The notes under the pieces: model-generated
What the model was told of the DNA's origin: nothing
Database searches by the model: none
Seen by the model: only the letters and a program-made list of their open reading frames with translations
Shown: positions 62,961-64,000 of the stretch, piece after piece
Position numbering within the stretch: the stretch's first letter is position 1
How the letters are laid out: each line of letters opens with the position of its first letter
Assembly: GCF_964355755.1 (NCBI RefSeq)
Contig: NC_092679.1
Span: 10,523,432-10,587,431 of the forward strand
DNA from: Antedon mediterranea
Lineage: Eukaryota; Animalia; Echinodermata
DNA length: 64,000 nt
Reading direction: 5' to 3'
Program-made: the position numbers and the translations under genes

Positions 62961-63689
62961 AGTTTATATACTACTTATTGGTACCAAGAAATGCAAAATC
63001 TGTTCGCTAAATTCAAAGTTATTAGCAAAAATGTTACCCCTTACCCCATAATTTGAATGATTACAAATTACTAATGCAGTCACAATTCTTAATATTATTA
63101 CACATGTTTATTTGTTTTTAATCTTTAACTTCAATTTCTTGTCCATTGCTTTTATAGGTTTAAAAAAAAAGAAGTTTGTATTAGATTTGTTGTATTTTTG
63201 TGTTAAATATGGAAACTTTATTAATGGTAAATTTGGATGAAATTGCATTTTGTTCAATGACCCTACAATGATGTTACGTTTTATTTTTTCAAATGAATAT
63301 AACAATTAAGCAACCTACACAGTACATATTAGTACCAAAAAAATGCAAATGTGATCACTAAATACAAAGTTATTAGGAAAAATGTAACCCCTTACCCTAA
63401 CAAATAACAATTAACAGACAAAATATCCTCATAAATTCACAAAATATTTGTTTGTTTAACTTCAATTTTCTTGTTCATTGTGTCTATATGTTTGGGAAAA
63501 CATTAACATAAGATCTCGTATATTTTTGTGTTAATTTAGAAGAAATTGCATTTTTGATTAAAGGTCATTGACCTTTGACCTCTAAAACTGTGGAGTAGCT
63601 TTGCATCAGGGTATTCTGTTGATTACACCTATATATGCCTACTTTTAGATATTTTAGTCACCAATTTATTTTCAAGTTAACTGCTCATT

Positions 63690-63933
63690 AATGAAAACAC
63701 TGAGAACATTTGTTTTTTTCTACTCTTTGAATGTCATCATTTTCTACATCATCAGCCTTTCTCTTAATACTAAATATAATAAAATTACATTTCTTTGAAT
63801 TTAATAATAATCTTTTAGATTTAAACCATTCACAAATATAAAATAATTGATTGTTGACAGTACGATATAATTCAAAGATGTCATCATTACTGTAAAATAT
63901 ATTTCTACCATCGGCATATAATATAAAGGACAA
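63690..63933 (-). pseudogene. Degenerate L2/CR1-group RT fragment
   Basis: ILYAD..NIF, EWFK..RLLLN.KK.NFIIF. Confidence 0.7.
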
Positions 63934-64000
63934 AAATGTTTTACAAATATCATTAACATATAAAATAAATAATAATGGTTCTAGTAGTACTCCACACTAT

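Larger units (their letters stand above)
59730..63586. repeat. Large degenerate foldback (inverted arms ~59730-61430 and ~61700-63586)
   Basis: Mirror-matched anchors: 61141-61173 with 61931-61962; 61385-61425 with 61711-61752; ~60600-60630 with ~62380-62410; ~59960-60200 with ~63170-63400. Confidence 0.8.

Overview
AT-rich eukaryotic (metazoan, probably marine invertebrate deuterostome - inference) genomic DNA. The only host gene I can reconstruct is a 10-exon Notch ligand of the Delta type on the + strand (ATG 7124 to TAA 11713, about 747 aa: signal peptide, MNNL/C2, DSL, 8 EGF, TM, intracellular tail ending ATQV), with a HES-site/E-box-rich upstream region. The other ~50 kb is gene-poor and filled with mobile DNA: LINE fragments (L2/CR1, RTE, R4/Dong-like), tRNA-derived SINEs, Helentron-like (HINE) elements, Kolobok-, Harbinger- and Sola-like non-autonomous DNA elements, a 61-bp hairpin satellite and a ~3.9 kb foldback. 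The most interesting signals are two copies of a minimal hammerhead ribozyme belonging to a Penelope-like (GIY-YIG) retroelement and two families of ~310-365 bp terminally redundant or circularly permuted repeats carrying an internal tRNA-like gene, one of which lies beside Penelope/ribozyme sequence at both of its loci. All calls were made by eye; repeat boundaries are approximate unless a TSD is given.
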